NCBI GenBank assembly: GCA_038203955.1
Contig: JBBRDK010000002.1
Span: 17,424-81,423 of the forward strand
DNA from: Thermoanaerobaculia bacterium
GTDB taxonomy: Bacteria; Acidobacteriota; Thermoanaerobaculia; UBA5066; Gp7-AA6
Length of the DNA stretch: 64,000 bases
Direction of reading: 5' to 3'
The notes below the pieces were generated by a model that did not search any database, was not told the DNA's origin, and saw only the letters and a list, made by a program, of their open reading frames with translations. Both the position numbers and the translations under genes were made by a program. This document shows positions 42,690-52,529 of the stretch, one piece after another; position 1 is the stretch's first letter; each line of letters starts with the position of its first letter.

Positions 42690-43433
42690 TCAAAAGCGCG
42701 ATCGGATCTGACCCTGCACGACGGTCCGCCGGAAGTCCTCTCCCCGCATGGTGACCATCAGGCACATCTCGAAAAGGCGGCTGCGGATCCGGCTTCCGAT
42801 CCGGTCTTCCAGCCGGTCCCGCTCCCCCGACTTCACGTCCGGCTCGTCCTCGAAGTTCGACGTCGCGATGGTGATCTTCTTGCGGTTGTACCGGGTGTTC
42901 AGGAGGTTGTAGAGCACGTCGAGAACCCAGGGATGCGGCTTGGACGTGCCGAGCTCGTCCAGAACGAGCAGCTCCGCCTCCGCCATCGGCGAGAGGATCG
43001 ATTCCTTCGAAAGGTCCGCGTCGGGGCGAAAGCTCGTCTGAATCTTCATCAGGAGGTCGGAAAAGTCGACGTACAGCCCGGTGACGCCCTTTTTCGACAC
43101 GAGATCCGAGAGGACGGCACAGGCGAGATGGGTCTTGCCGAGGCCGGAGGGGCCGAGCAGCAGAAGGCCCGCGTCGACGCCCGGCCACGTGTCGACGAAC
43201 TCCCGCGCGATCGACTTGGCCTTCTTGAGTGAGGCGTTCGTGTCCGAGAAGTTGGCGAAGTTGCAGACGCGATACCGCTCCGGAATTCCCGCGGCAGCGA
43301 CGCGGTCGGATCGCAGCATGCCGTCGCGGCACGCGCAGGAGCGCGCGAGCTTCCTTCCGTCGACGTTTTCCAGGATCCAGCCGGTGCCTCCGCAGTCGCC
43401 GCAGGGAACCGGATCGGATGCCACGAACCCCAT
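42690..43433 (-). CDS. DnaC/DnaI/IstB-like AAA+ ATPase with N-terminal zinc-ribbon
   Basis: CGDCGGTGW...CACRDG zinc ribbon; Walker A LLLLGPSGLGKTHL; Walker B LLVLDELG. No transposase nearby, so a helicase-loader-like role is more likely than an IS21 helper. Confidence 0.65.
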   Translation of the reverse strand: MGFVASDPVPCGDCGGTGWILENVDGRKLARSCACRDGMLRSDRVAAAGIPERYRVCNFANFSDTNASLKKAKSIAREFVDTWPGVDAGLLLLGPSGLGKTHLACAVLSDLVSKKGVTGLYVDFSDLLMKIQTSFRPDADLSKESILSPMAEAELLVLDELGTSKPHPWVLDVLYNLLNTRYNRKKITIATSNFEDEPDVKSGERDRLEDRIGSRIRSRLFEMCLMVTMRGEDFRRTVVQGQIRSRF

Positions 43434-43442
43434 AATAGCCGC

Positions 43443-43922
43443 TCAATTCTCCGGCAGGCCGCTCTCGATGTAGAACCGGCGCTCGCGGGGGCTCTCGAGA
43501 TATTTCTTCAGATCCTGCAGGCTGGAGTCCCAGCCGGACCCGACTTCTCCCCGGTATCGGTCGTACTCCGGGCCCGCGTCCGGGACGTCGAACTCGACCG
43601 TGACCAGGCAGCCCGATTCGCGGTCTGAAAACGTCAGAACCATCCCGAGCCCCTCGAGCGCCTCTCCGGCGCCAGGCTCGTAGGAAATGTCCCGCACGAC
43701 GAGCCGGCGTCCGATCTCGAACTCCACGATCTTGCCGAGCACCGTGGCTTCGGTGCGGCCGCGCTGGTCGGTGAAGCCGATCGCCCAGTTCCCTCCGGGG
43801 CGCAGACCCACGAGAGCGCCCTCACACCACCACGAGAGAAGCTCGGACACGCGCGTGAAGGCGTCGAACGCCTCGGAGGCGCTCGCGCCGACAGCCACGG
43901 AACGGATCACCGAATCGCTCAC
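43443..43922 (-). CDS. SRPBCC (Aha1/polyketide cyclase-like) family protein
   Basis: 159 aa; fold-family pattern (WW..GAL...W...F......T.V.E); my confidence in the family is moderate. Confidence 0.5.
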   Translation of the reverse strand: MSDSVIRSVAVGASASEAFDAFTRVSELLSWWCEGALVGLRPGGNWAIGFTDQRGRTEATVLGKIVEFEIGRRLVVRDISYEPGAGEALEGLGMVLTFSDRESGCLVTVEFDVPDAGPEYDRYRGEVGSGWDSSLQDLKKYLESPRERRFYIESGLPEN

Positions 43923-43940
43923 ACGAACATATTAGCCAAA

Positions 43941-43993
43941 GACGTCGAGAGTTCAGAGTTCGGAGTCGAGAGTCGAGAGTTGAGAGTCGAAGT
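43941..43993. repeat. tandem heptamer array (GAGAGTY / AGTTCAG)
   Basis: cgaGAGTTCAGAGTTCGGAGTCGAGAGTCGAGAGTTGAGAGTCGAAGTC in the divergent spacer before argS. Confidence 0.85.
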
Positions 43994-44065
43994 CGGCCCG
44001 GGCGTCTCCGCCGACGCGCTCGGGCAGAACGGCAATTCTGCGCGGGAGACATATATTCTGCCGCC

Positions 44066-46093
<2,028 letters not shown>

Positions 46094-46097
46094 GATG

Positions 46098-46183
46098 GGT
46101 TATCAGATATCAGATATCAGATATCAGTTATCAGTTATCAGTCGGACGGACCGTAAACTCAAGACTGAAAACTGAGAACTGAA
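46098..46183. repeat. bipartite heptamer array: (TATCAGA/TTATCAG)x5, then (AACTGAN)x4
   Basis: ggttatcagatatcagatatcagttatcagttatcagtc...ctcaagactgaaaactgagaactgaagact; complementary halves; TGA on both strands. Confidence 0.9.
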
Positions 46184-46191
46184 GACTCCTC

Positions 46192-46551
46192 ATGAACAAA
46201 ATCAATCTCGCCCAGAAGCTCGCCCTCTTCCACGAGCCCTTCACGCCGAAGATCGTCGGGGACTTGAACGACAACCACGTCAAGCTGGTCAAGGTCCTCG
46301 GTGAATTCGTCTGGCATTCCCACGAGGCCGAGGACGAGATGTTCCTCGTGGTCAAGGGCCGCTTGACGATCAGCTTCCGGGACGGCGACGTGGAGCTCTC
46401 CGAGAACGAAATGCTCATCGTCCCGAAGGGCGTCGAGCACAGGCCCCTGGCGAGAGAGGAGGCGCACGTCCTGCTGATCGAGCCGAAGACGACCGTCAAC
46501 ACGGGGAATTCTCCCGGGGAGCGGACCGTGCCGGCGCCGGAGCGCATCTAG
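46192..46551 (+). CDS. cupin domain protein
   Basis: 119 aa; cupin motifs G(X)5HXH... (VWHSHEAEDEMFLVVKG) and PKGVEHRP. Confidence 0.7.
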   Translation: MNKINLAQKLALFHEPFTPKIVGDLNDNHVKLVKVLGEFVWHSHEAEDEMFLVVKGRLTISFRDGDVELSENEMLIVPKGVEHRPLAREEAHVLLIEPKTTVNTGNSPGERTVPAPERI

Positions 46552-46565
46552 AACGATTCGAACGG

Positions 46566-46608
46566 ATAACTGATAGCTGATAGCTGATAGCTGATAGCTG
46601 AAAACTGA
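46566..46608. repeat. tandem heptamer array (CTGATAG)x4 + CTGAAAACTGA
   Basis: Perfect period 7; TGA and TAG in every frame on the plus strand. Confidence 0.95.
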
Positions 46609-46610
46609 TC

Positions 46611-47471
46611 ATGGCTTCCCTCCGGGATCGCTGGGCGGACAACGCGGACGGGAAGTTCTACGTCGACCGGACGTGCATCGACTGCGACGCCTGCCGGCGG
46701 ATCGCGCCCACGGTGTTCGCCGAGGCTTCGGACCACTCGTTCGTCGCGCGCCAGCCCTCGGATGAGGCGGAGAAACGCCGCGCCCTGATGGCCTTAGTCG
46801 CCTGCCCGACGGGCTCGATCGGGACATCCCCCCGGGAGAACGCGCGGCCCGGCGTGGAAGCATTTCCCGAAACCGTCGAAGAAAACGTCTCGTTCTGCGG
46901 GTTTACGTCGAAGGACTCCTTCGGCGCGTGGAGCTATCTCATCGAGCGGCCGGGCGGCAACGTGCTGGTCGATTCGCCGCGAGCCGTCGCGCACCTGCTT
47001 CGGGAATTCGAGGCGCGGGGCGGGATCGCCACTCTCTTCCTGACCCACCGGGACGACGTCGCCGATCACGCCGCCTTCCGGCGCCGCTTTTCCTGCGAGC
47101 GCGTCCTGCACGAGGCCGATCGATCCCGGGAGACTTCGGATCTGGAACGGTACCTTTCGGGCGAGGACCGGGTGCCGCTCGCGGACGACCTTCTCGCCAT
47201 CCCGACGCCCGGCCACACACGGGGTCATACGGTGCTGCTCTACCGGGAGAAGTACCTCTTCACGGGCGATCACCTCGCCTGGTCCAGGCGCCGCAACGGG
47301 CTGATCGCCTTCCGGGACGCGTGCTGGTACTCGTGGAAGGAGCAGACGCGGTCCATGGAGCGCCTTCTCGACTACTCGTTCGAGTGGGTGCTGCCCGGAC
47401 ACGGCCAGTGGCATCGCGCGGAATCGGCGGAGCGATGCGCAAGGAGCTCGAGCGGTGCGTCGCGTGGATGA
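46611..47471 (+). CDS. ferredoxin-like [4Fe-4S] domain fused to MBL-fold metallo-hydrolase
   Basis: N-terminal CIDCDAC...CP cluster motif; MBL motifs THRDD/H..D.H...GHTRGH; the C-terminal ~15 aa may be frameshifted (see findings). Confidence 0.7.
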   Translation: MASLRDRWADNADGKFYVDRTCIDCDACRRIAPTVFAEASDHSFVARQPSDEAEKRRALMALVACPTGSIGTSPRENARPGVEAFPETVEENVSFCGFTSKDSFGAWSYLIERPGGNVLVDSPRAVAHLLREFEARGGIATLFLTHRDDVADHAAFRRRFSCERVLHEADRSRETSDLERYLSGEDRVPLADDLLAIPTPGHTRGHTVLLYREKYLFTGDHLAWSRRRNGLIAFRDACWYSWKEQTRSMERLLDYSFEWVLPGHGQWHRAESAERCARSSSGASRG

Positions 47472-47483
47472 AGGGAGTTTGAA

Positions 47484-47516
47484 GCTCTCAGCTGTCAGCT
47501 GTCAGCTGTCAGCTCT
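47484..47516. repeat. tandem heptamer array (CTCAGCT/GTCAGCT)x4-5
   Basis: agctctcagctgtcagctgtcagctgtcagctctc; provides the TGA stop of the GHMP kinase on the minus strand. Confidence 0.95.
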
Positions 47517-48510
47517 CCAATTCCACCTCCAGGCCGCGGGAGACGACGGCGGCCGCGACCACGCGGCCGACACCTAGATCCGAGAGCTCCAAGCGGACTC
47601 CCGGCGTCGCCTCCGCGGGCGAGAGGATCACGACGAACCCGCCTCCCCCGGCGCCGCACGCCTTCCCGCCCCACGCCCCCACCGCGATCGCGGCGGCGAT
47701 GGCGCGCTCGATCACAGGCGTCGAAACGACCGGAGCGAGCCGCCGGCGGGCCTCCCATTCACTCGCGAGAGCCGTTCCCATGGCCTCGAAATCCCGGCGC
47801 GCCGCCGCGCGCGCCATCTCGGCCGCCGCGCGCCGCACGCCCTCGATCTCCCGGGTCACGGCGGCGTCTCCCTCGAGCCGCGCGCGCAACACCTCCCAGT
47901 TGTTCATCCCGGAAGAGTGCGCCGCCCCGGTGTCGTACAGCGTCAGGTGCCGCTCCCAGGCCTCGGGCTCCACGTCTTCCCTGGCCGCGCGGGTCGCGCC
48001 GGGCAGGAACTCGATCGTATGGAGGCCGCCGGCGAGCGCCGGATAGTAGTCCTGAACACCGGCGGGCTTCCCGAGCACCCGCGTCTCGACGTCGCGCACG
48101 AAGTCGACGCGGTCGACGCCCGCCATGTCCCTCGGCGCGAACCGTTCGAGGGCTCCCATCAACGCGACGGTCAGCGCCGACGATCCTCCCAGTCCCGAAC
48201 CGATCGGAACGGACGTTTGAAGCTCGATCTCGAGAGACTCCCGGATCAGCAGAGCATCGAGAATAGATCCCACGAGAGCCGCGCGCGGGTCGGCCAGCAG
48301 ACCATCGGATTCGGCCGAGCGGCAATCAAACGAGCCGTCCGACGCGAAAACCCGGAAGACCCCCTCGGAGGGCCGGACCCGGCAGGAGGCAAAGAGATCG
48401 ATGGCGACGTTGATCGTGAAGGTACCGGGATGCAGAACATGAAGCGGCCAGAGGTCGAGCGTCCCGCCAGCCAGATCGACGCGCGCGGGTGCCGAAGACA
48501 GAATCTTCAT
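47509..48510 (-). CDS. GHMP family sugar kinase (HddA/fucokinase-like)
   Basis: APARVDLAGGTLD N-terminus, GHMP ATP motif PIGSGLGGSSA; 333 aa. Confidence 0.7.
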   Translation of the reverse strand: MKILSSAPARVDLAGGTLDLWPLHVLHPGTFTINVAIDLFASCRVRPSEGVFRVFASDGSFDCRSAESDGLLADPRAALVGSILDALLIRESLEIELQTSVPIGSGLGGSSALTVALMGALERFAPRDMAGVDRVDFVRDVETRVLGKPAGVQDYYPALAGGLHTIEFLPGATRAAREDVEPEAWERHLTLYDTGAAHSSGMNNWEVLRARLEGDAAVTREIEGVRRAAAEMARAAARRDFEAMGTALASEWEARRRLAPVVSTPVIERAIAAAIAVGAWGGKACGAGGGGFVVILSPAEATPGVRLELSDLGVGRVVAAAVVSRGLEVELES

Positions 48511-48609
48511 GGACGCGAGAAACTATCAGCTCGGGGGATGTTCAGCGCTCAGACTTTGCGACAGCGGGAAGAGCGTGCATCACGCCGTGAGCATCTCTCT
48601 CTTCTTCGA

Positions 48610-48860
48610 GACTTGTCAGGCTGGACGTTCCGCCCCTCACCCCAACCCTCTCCCCCGGCGCGCGGGGACGCCGTAAGCAAGTCCTGACACTCGGCATCGC
48701 CTTCCACTTGAGTGCCGCCCCTCACCCCGCCCTCTCCCCGGCGCGCGGGGAGAGGGAGCGGGGGAGCTCAGCGTGGCTTCTTCGCCCGCACTGGCTAATA
48801 CGCTCGCCCCGAGAGGAGTCTCCTGACCGAAGGGAAGGAGGAGCCTCTCGGGGTGGGAGC
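48610..48860. repeat. REP-like GC-rich palindromic elements (two copies of CCGCCCCTCACCCCNNCCCTCTCCCCGGCGCGCGGGGA.. plus a CCCCGAGAGG...CCTCTCGGGG hairpin)
   Basis: Copy 2 is a perfect 10-bp stem CCCTCTCCCC/GGGGAGAGGG around GGCGCGC; copy 1 has a degenerate right arm; a second 10-bp stem lies 3'. Confidence 0.8.
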
Positions 48861-48963
48861 CGCCGCGAACGGAGGGGCAGGCGAGCGGTCGAGCCGTCAG
48901 GCGAGCCGCTTGCCGCTGCGGTCGCCGCGGCGACCGCAGCCCCGCAGTGAGCGAAGGCGACGG

Positions 48964-49617
48964 TTAGTAACCGACCCGGCTCGCGCGGAGGAATCCCGAT
49001 TGCGGGAAGCCGACCCCTTCGACGGTCAACGTCTGGCCTGCCGACTTCGACGTCATCGCGGGGTCGCGGGACATCAGCCTCCACACCTCGCCGTTTTCGG
49101 CGCAGAACGCGGCTTCATGGTGCGCCTGCGGGAGGGGGCAGAGGCCGGCTTCCACCCGGGACTCGCAGTCGAGGCACACGAGAGTTCCCGTCATCCGGCG
49201 GGAGACGAGCGTCGGCCCGTTCAGGGTCGGACCGCGGGAACCCGAAAGGGAGGCCAGGGTCGCGATCCCGGAGGACGCGCTCGAGAGGCTCGCGTCCTCG
49301 GTCTGGAGCCGCCGGCTGGAGACGTCGGCGACTAACGGGACCAGGAGGAACAGGACGACGGCGGCCGTGGCCAGGAGGGGATACTCGAAGCGCGCCGGCC
49401 GAACGTCTCCCTGATGAAGGCGCTGCCTCAGGCGGGTGGGGGCCGGCGAACGATCGCGGTGGGTCCGGAGGACCTGGGCGAGCCCCCGGGCCGAACGCGC
49501 GCGCGCCTCGCAGGGGTCGCATTCGGCAAGGTGTCGCGAGAGCGCCTCGGCCTCGACACTGCAGATGTCCCGCTCGAGGTGAGCGTAGAGGAGGAAGCGA
49601 GCCTGGGCGCAGTTCAT
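48964..49617 (-). CDS. anti-sigma factor (zf-HC2-like Cys/His motif + TM + C-terminal Cys-rich domain)
   Basis: HLAECDPCEARARS... zinc-finger; one TM; C-terminal CxxC...C...C; downstream of the ECF sigma gene. Confidence 0.65.
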   Translation of the reverse strand: MNCAQARFLLYAHLERDICSVEAEALSRHLAECDPCEARARSARGLAQVLRTHRDRSPAPTRLRQRLHQGDVRPARFEYPLLATAAVVLFLLVPLVADVSSRRLQTEDASLSSASSGIATLASLSGSRGPTLNGPTLVSRRMTGTLVCLDCESRVEAGLCPLPQAHHEAAFCAENGEVWRLMSRDPAMTSKSAGQTLTVEGVGFPQSGFLRASRVGY

Positions 49618-49726
49618 GGTGCCGGGGACAGCAACGAGCCGTCCGGCGCCTAAATTCCAGCCGGGGCGCGCCTGACGCGAGTTCGGAAGGCTCGGCGGGT
49701 CGAGCGCGCGCCCCGCCGCTAACGGA

Positions 49727-50368
49727 CTACGCGGCCGGGCTCTTCGGCCGGGTCCGCATCTTGGTCGGCTCGGCGCCCCGGATGTACCCGTGCTGGCGGG
49801 CGTACTTCAAGAGCGCTTTCTCGAGCAGCTTGCGTCCCCGGTACAGGCGCGACATCACGGTGCCTACGGGGCAGTCCAGAATGTCCGCGATCTCCTTGTA
49901 CGAGAAGTCCTCGAGGTCCGCCAGCAGAACCACCATCCGGTAGTCGTACGGCAGCGACTCGAGGGCCTTCTTGACGTCCTCATCCATCACACCCGTGAAG
50001 TACTCGGACTCGGGATCGGCGGCCTGGTCGGTGTTGTCGCGGCGCACGATGCGCTCGAAGGAGTCCTCGATCTCGGCGAAATCCACGCTGCGAGGCTCGA
50101 GCTTCTTCTTGCGGTAGTTGTTGATGAAGGTGTTCTTCAGGATCTTGAAGAGCCACGCCTTCAAGTTCGTGCCCTCTTCGAACTTGTCGTAGTACTTGTA
50201 CGCCTTGAAGTAGGTCTCCTGAACGAGATCCTCGGCGTCCTCCGCGCTCCGGGTCATCCGGTATGCGGTGTTGTAGAGCGAGTCCAGATACGGCATCACG
50301 AGGGAATCGAAGTCCCACGACGAGACGCCGGACTGTTCCGTTTTCGGCTGCACGTTCACCTTTTCCAT
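49727..50368 (-). CDS. ECF sigma factor (RpoE/SigE-like)
   Basis: Region 2 ([20 protein letters not shown]...) and region 4 ([40 protein letters not shown]); ATG at MEKVNVQ with RBS GGGGAGA. Confidence 0.85.
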   Translation of the reverse strand: MEKVNVQPKTEQSGVSSWDFDSLVMPYLDSLYNTAYRMTRSAEDAEDLVQETYFKAYKYYDKFEEGTNLKAWLFKILKNTFINNYRKKKLEPRSVDFAEIEDSFERIVRRDNTDQAADPESEYFTGVMDEDVKKALESLPYDYRMVVLLADLEDFSYKEIADILDCPVGTVMSRLYRGRKLLEKALLKYARQHGYIRGAEPTKMRTRPKSPAA

Positions 50369-50636
50369 GTCTCCCCGTATTTCAATAATCCTGCCCGCCC
50401 CGTGGGTTCCGGCCGCCCGAAGGAGGCTCGTCCAATAAGCTTCTTGTCTTCTACGGATTACGCCCCGCGAGTGTTGAGGGGGCGACAAGAAGAAATACGC
50501 GTAGAGGCCGGGAATGGTTTCCGATTGGGGTCACTTTGTCCCCGAACGGGGACGGCCGGCCCCCTCAGAGGACGGCCTCTGCCGGGCGATCGGGGGAATA
50601 GGGCTCCGGTGGAGGACGCCAGAGCCCCGGAAGGAC

Positions 50637-50957
50637 CTACTTGTTCTGGATCAGGAAGCAGATGAGCAGGGCGTAGAGCACCAGCGATTCGATCAGCACG
50701 AGGCCGAGGAGCGTCATTCCGCGGATGTCCTTGGCCGCGCCGGGATTCCGGGACATTCCTTCCGAAGCCGCCGCGGTCGCCCTCCCTTGGGCGGTGGCAC
50801 CGGCCGCCGCCGCGATCGCCAGCAGGAAAGCCGCTCCGATGACTCCCCACCGCACTCCCGTGGGGGCCGCCGCGGCCGTCGTCGCGGCCTCCTGCGCGAA
50901 CGCCGGAAGCGCCGAAACGAGCGACACCGCGCACAACAGAACCGTCTTCTTCACCAT
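50637..50957 (-). CDS. atpE: F0F1 ATP synthase subunit c with N-terminal signal-peptide-like extension
   Basis: Helix 1 Gly/Ala motif, loop RNPGAAKDIR, helix 2 LIESLVLYALLICF with the conserved Glu; first ~22 aa MVKKTVLLCAVSLVSALPAFA resemble a cleavable signal. Confidence 0.75.
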   Translation of the reverse strand: MVKKTVLLCAVSLVSALPAFAQEAATTAAAAPTGVRWGVIGAAFLLAIAAAAGATAQGRATAAASEGMSRNPGAAKDIRGMTLLGLVLIESLVLYALLICFLIQNK

Positions 50958-51011
50958 CCGCAGATCTCCTTCTTTGACGCGCCGCCGGCGCGGTGATGCC
51001 GGAAACTATCA

Positions 51012-51046
51012 TGAGCTGTCAGCTCTCAGCTGTCAGCTTTCAGTGA
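51012..51046. repeat. heptamer array (GAGCTGT/CAGCTCT) between atpB and atpE
   Basis: gagctgtcagctctcagctgtcagctttcagtgac; intra-operon. Confidence 0.9.
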
Positions 51047-51062
51047 CTCGATTGATTGTCCG

Positions 51063-51818
51063 TCAGTGCTCCTCGTGCGCGGTGGCGCCGGCGACGTAGA
51101 CCGCGGAGAGCAGCGCGAAAACGTATGCCTGCAGGGCCGCGGTGAACAGGCCGAGGGCCATCATGGGCCAGGGGACCCCGATCGGGACCAGGCTCGCGAA
51201 CACTCCCGTCGTCGTGTGCTCTCCGTAGATGTTCATGAAGAGCCGCAGCGAGAGCGACAGGATCCGGGCGAAGGTTCCGATGATCTCGATGACGAAAAAC
51301 AGCGGCGCGATGAGCAGCAGCGGCCCCGTGAAGTGCTTCAGATACGCCAGCAGGCCGTGCTCCTGGATGCCCTTCCAGTTGAAATAGACGAAGGAGATGA
51401 CGGCCAGGGCCACCGTCGTCGACAGAGAACCCGTCGGCGGCTGGAGGAAAAAGAAGAGCCCGAACAGGTTGGCCACGCCGATGAAGATCGCGAACGTCCC
51501 GATGATCGGCACGTACTTCTCGCCCCCGTGCCCGATCACGTCCTGGCACATGCTCCGAAGACCGGAGACCAGCATCTCGAAGAAGCTCTGGAGCTTGGAC
51601 GGCTTCTCGCGGTCGTACCGGCGCGCCACGAGGGGAAAGAAAATCGCGAAGATCAGAAGAAGCAGGAGGGTCATGATCGCCGCGTCCGGGATCCAGGCCT
51701 CCTTCCCGTCGGGAAAGAAGAACGCGGCCTGGCCGGGGGAAAGCCTCTCGACCGGCGGCTCGCCGAGGAGCCTCTTCAGCAGCCCGTTGAGCGGGCCGTA
51801 CAGGATCGAATGATGCTC
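51063..51818 (-). CDS. atpB: F0F1 ATP synthase subunit a
   Basis: LSLSLRLFMNIYGEH with the conserved Arg; 5-6 TM helices; probable TTG start after GAGGAG. Confidence 0.8.
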   Translation of the reverse strand, partial: EHHSILYGPLNGLLKRLLGEPPVERLSPGQAAFFFPDGKEAWIPDAAIMTLLLLLIFAIFFPLVARRYDREKPSKLQSFFEMLVSGLRSMCQDVIGHGGEKYVPIIGTFAIFIGVANLFGLFFFLQPPTGSLSTTVALAVISFVYFNWKGIQEHGLLAYLKHFTGPLLLIAPLFFVIEIIGTFARILSLSLRLFMNIYGEHTTTGVFASLVPIGVPWPMMALGLFTAALQAYVFALLSAVYVAGATAHEEH

Positions 51819-51834
51819 TTCCAAACGTTTCTCC

Positions 51835-52155
51835 TCACTCCTGACCCGGCCGGCCGATCCAGAGCTCCGGGACGATGGCCAGCACCACGATCGAAAGGCC
51901 GGCCGCGCCGGCAACCGGGTCGAAATCCTTCCAGCGAAACAGAACGACGGCGAAGAGTAACAAACTGGCGGCCGTCACCAGGAGAAGAGGCGCAATGGTC
52001 CTGAATCCGGGCCGATTCTGCTGGGGTATGAGACGCAGGGTCAGTCTCTCGAGCGCGAGAAAGCTGAAAATAACGACGGCTGCCGCGATTGTCAAGGACA
52101 CGCCGGCGCGCCACCCGAAGGCAAAAGCGCCCGCGATCGCGAGCGCGCCGAGCAC
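51835..52155 (-). CDS. ATP synthase protein I-like small membrane protein
   Basis: 106 aa, 3-4 TM; sits between atpZ and atpB as AtpI does in many operons. Confidence 0.5.
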   Translation of the reverse strand: MLGALAIAGAFAFGWRAGVSLTIAAAVVIFSFLALERLTLRLIPQQNRPGFRTIAPLLLVTAASLLLFAVVLFRWKDFDPVAGAAGLSIVVLAIVPELWIGRPGQE

Positions 52156-52200
52156 GAAGGCGCGCCGCCGGACGCGGGAAATGAGGGGGTCGGTGGAGGA

Positions 52201-52234
52201 GTTGTCAGTCTTCAGTTTTCAGTTTTCAGTTCAG
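52201..52234. repeat. heptamer array (TCAGTTT)x4
   Basis: gttgtcagtcttcagttttcagttttcagttcag. Confidence 0.9.
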
Positions 52235-52253
52235 CCTCGGAACGACGTTCTCG

Positions 52254-52478
52254 TCAGCGATTCAGCCTTCCGGCGAGGCGGAAAAAGTTTACGAACGCGG
52301 CCGCAAGACCGAGCCCTCCGCCTACCCAGGAGGCGGCGCCCCCCCACCCGAACCGTCGAGCAATCCAGGCGCCCAGAAAGTAGCCGGCGAGGGGCCCCGC
52401 GAGGAAAAGAAGGCCCGCAGAGGTTCCCTCCGCGACGGCAGAGGCGCGGGAACGCCCAGGGGGCTCGGCATCACTCAT
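52254..52478 (-). CDS. AtpZ/AtpI-family small membrane protein (putative F0F1 ATPase-associated)
   Basis: 74 aa, two TM with Gly-rich helices; position immediately upstream of atpI/atpB. Confidence 0.5.
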   Translation of the reverse strand: MSDAEPPGRSRASAVAEGTSAGLLFLAGPLAGYFLGAWIARRFGWGGAASWVGGGLGLAAAFVNFFRLAGRLNR

Positions 52479-52493
52479 ATCGAGATCGATTCC

Positions 52494-52527
52494 GAACTGA
52501 GAACTGATAACTGAGAACTGAAAACTC
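52494..52527. repeat. heptamer array (GAACTGA / TAACTGA)x4-5
   Basis: ccgaactgagaactgataactgagaactgaaaactc; TGA every 7 nt on the plus strand. Confidence 0.95.
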
Positions 52528-52529
52528 TC

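Noticed and set aside
42690-43433. IstB-like ATPase as part of an IS21 element
   Set aside because: No IstA transposase or inverted repeats nearby. The N-terminal zinc ribbon and the context fit a DnaC/DnaI-like loader better.
49727-50368. Lower-GC ECF sigma gene as possible horizontal acquisition
   Set aside because: Third-position GC is still high. The lower overall GC comes from the K/F/Y/N-rich conserved sigma sequence.
50538-50582. Rho-independent terminator downstream of atpE (GTCCCCGAACGGGGAC; CAGAGGACGGCCTCTG)
   Set aside because: Short GC stems are present but no U-tract follows on the transcribed strand, so I am not confident enough to list it as a feature.
50637-52478. N-ATPase (atpDCQRBEFAG) operon hypothesis for atpZ/atpI/atpB/atpE
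   Set aside because: An N-ATPase operon begins with the beta and epsilon genes and continues into atpF, alpha and gamma. Here nuoN precedes and an ECF sigma follows, so this looks like a split conventional F-type operon instead.
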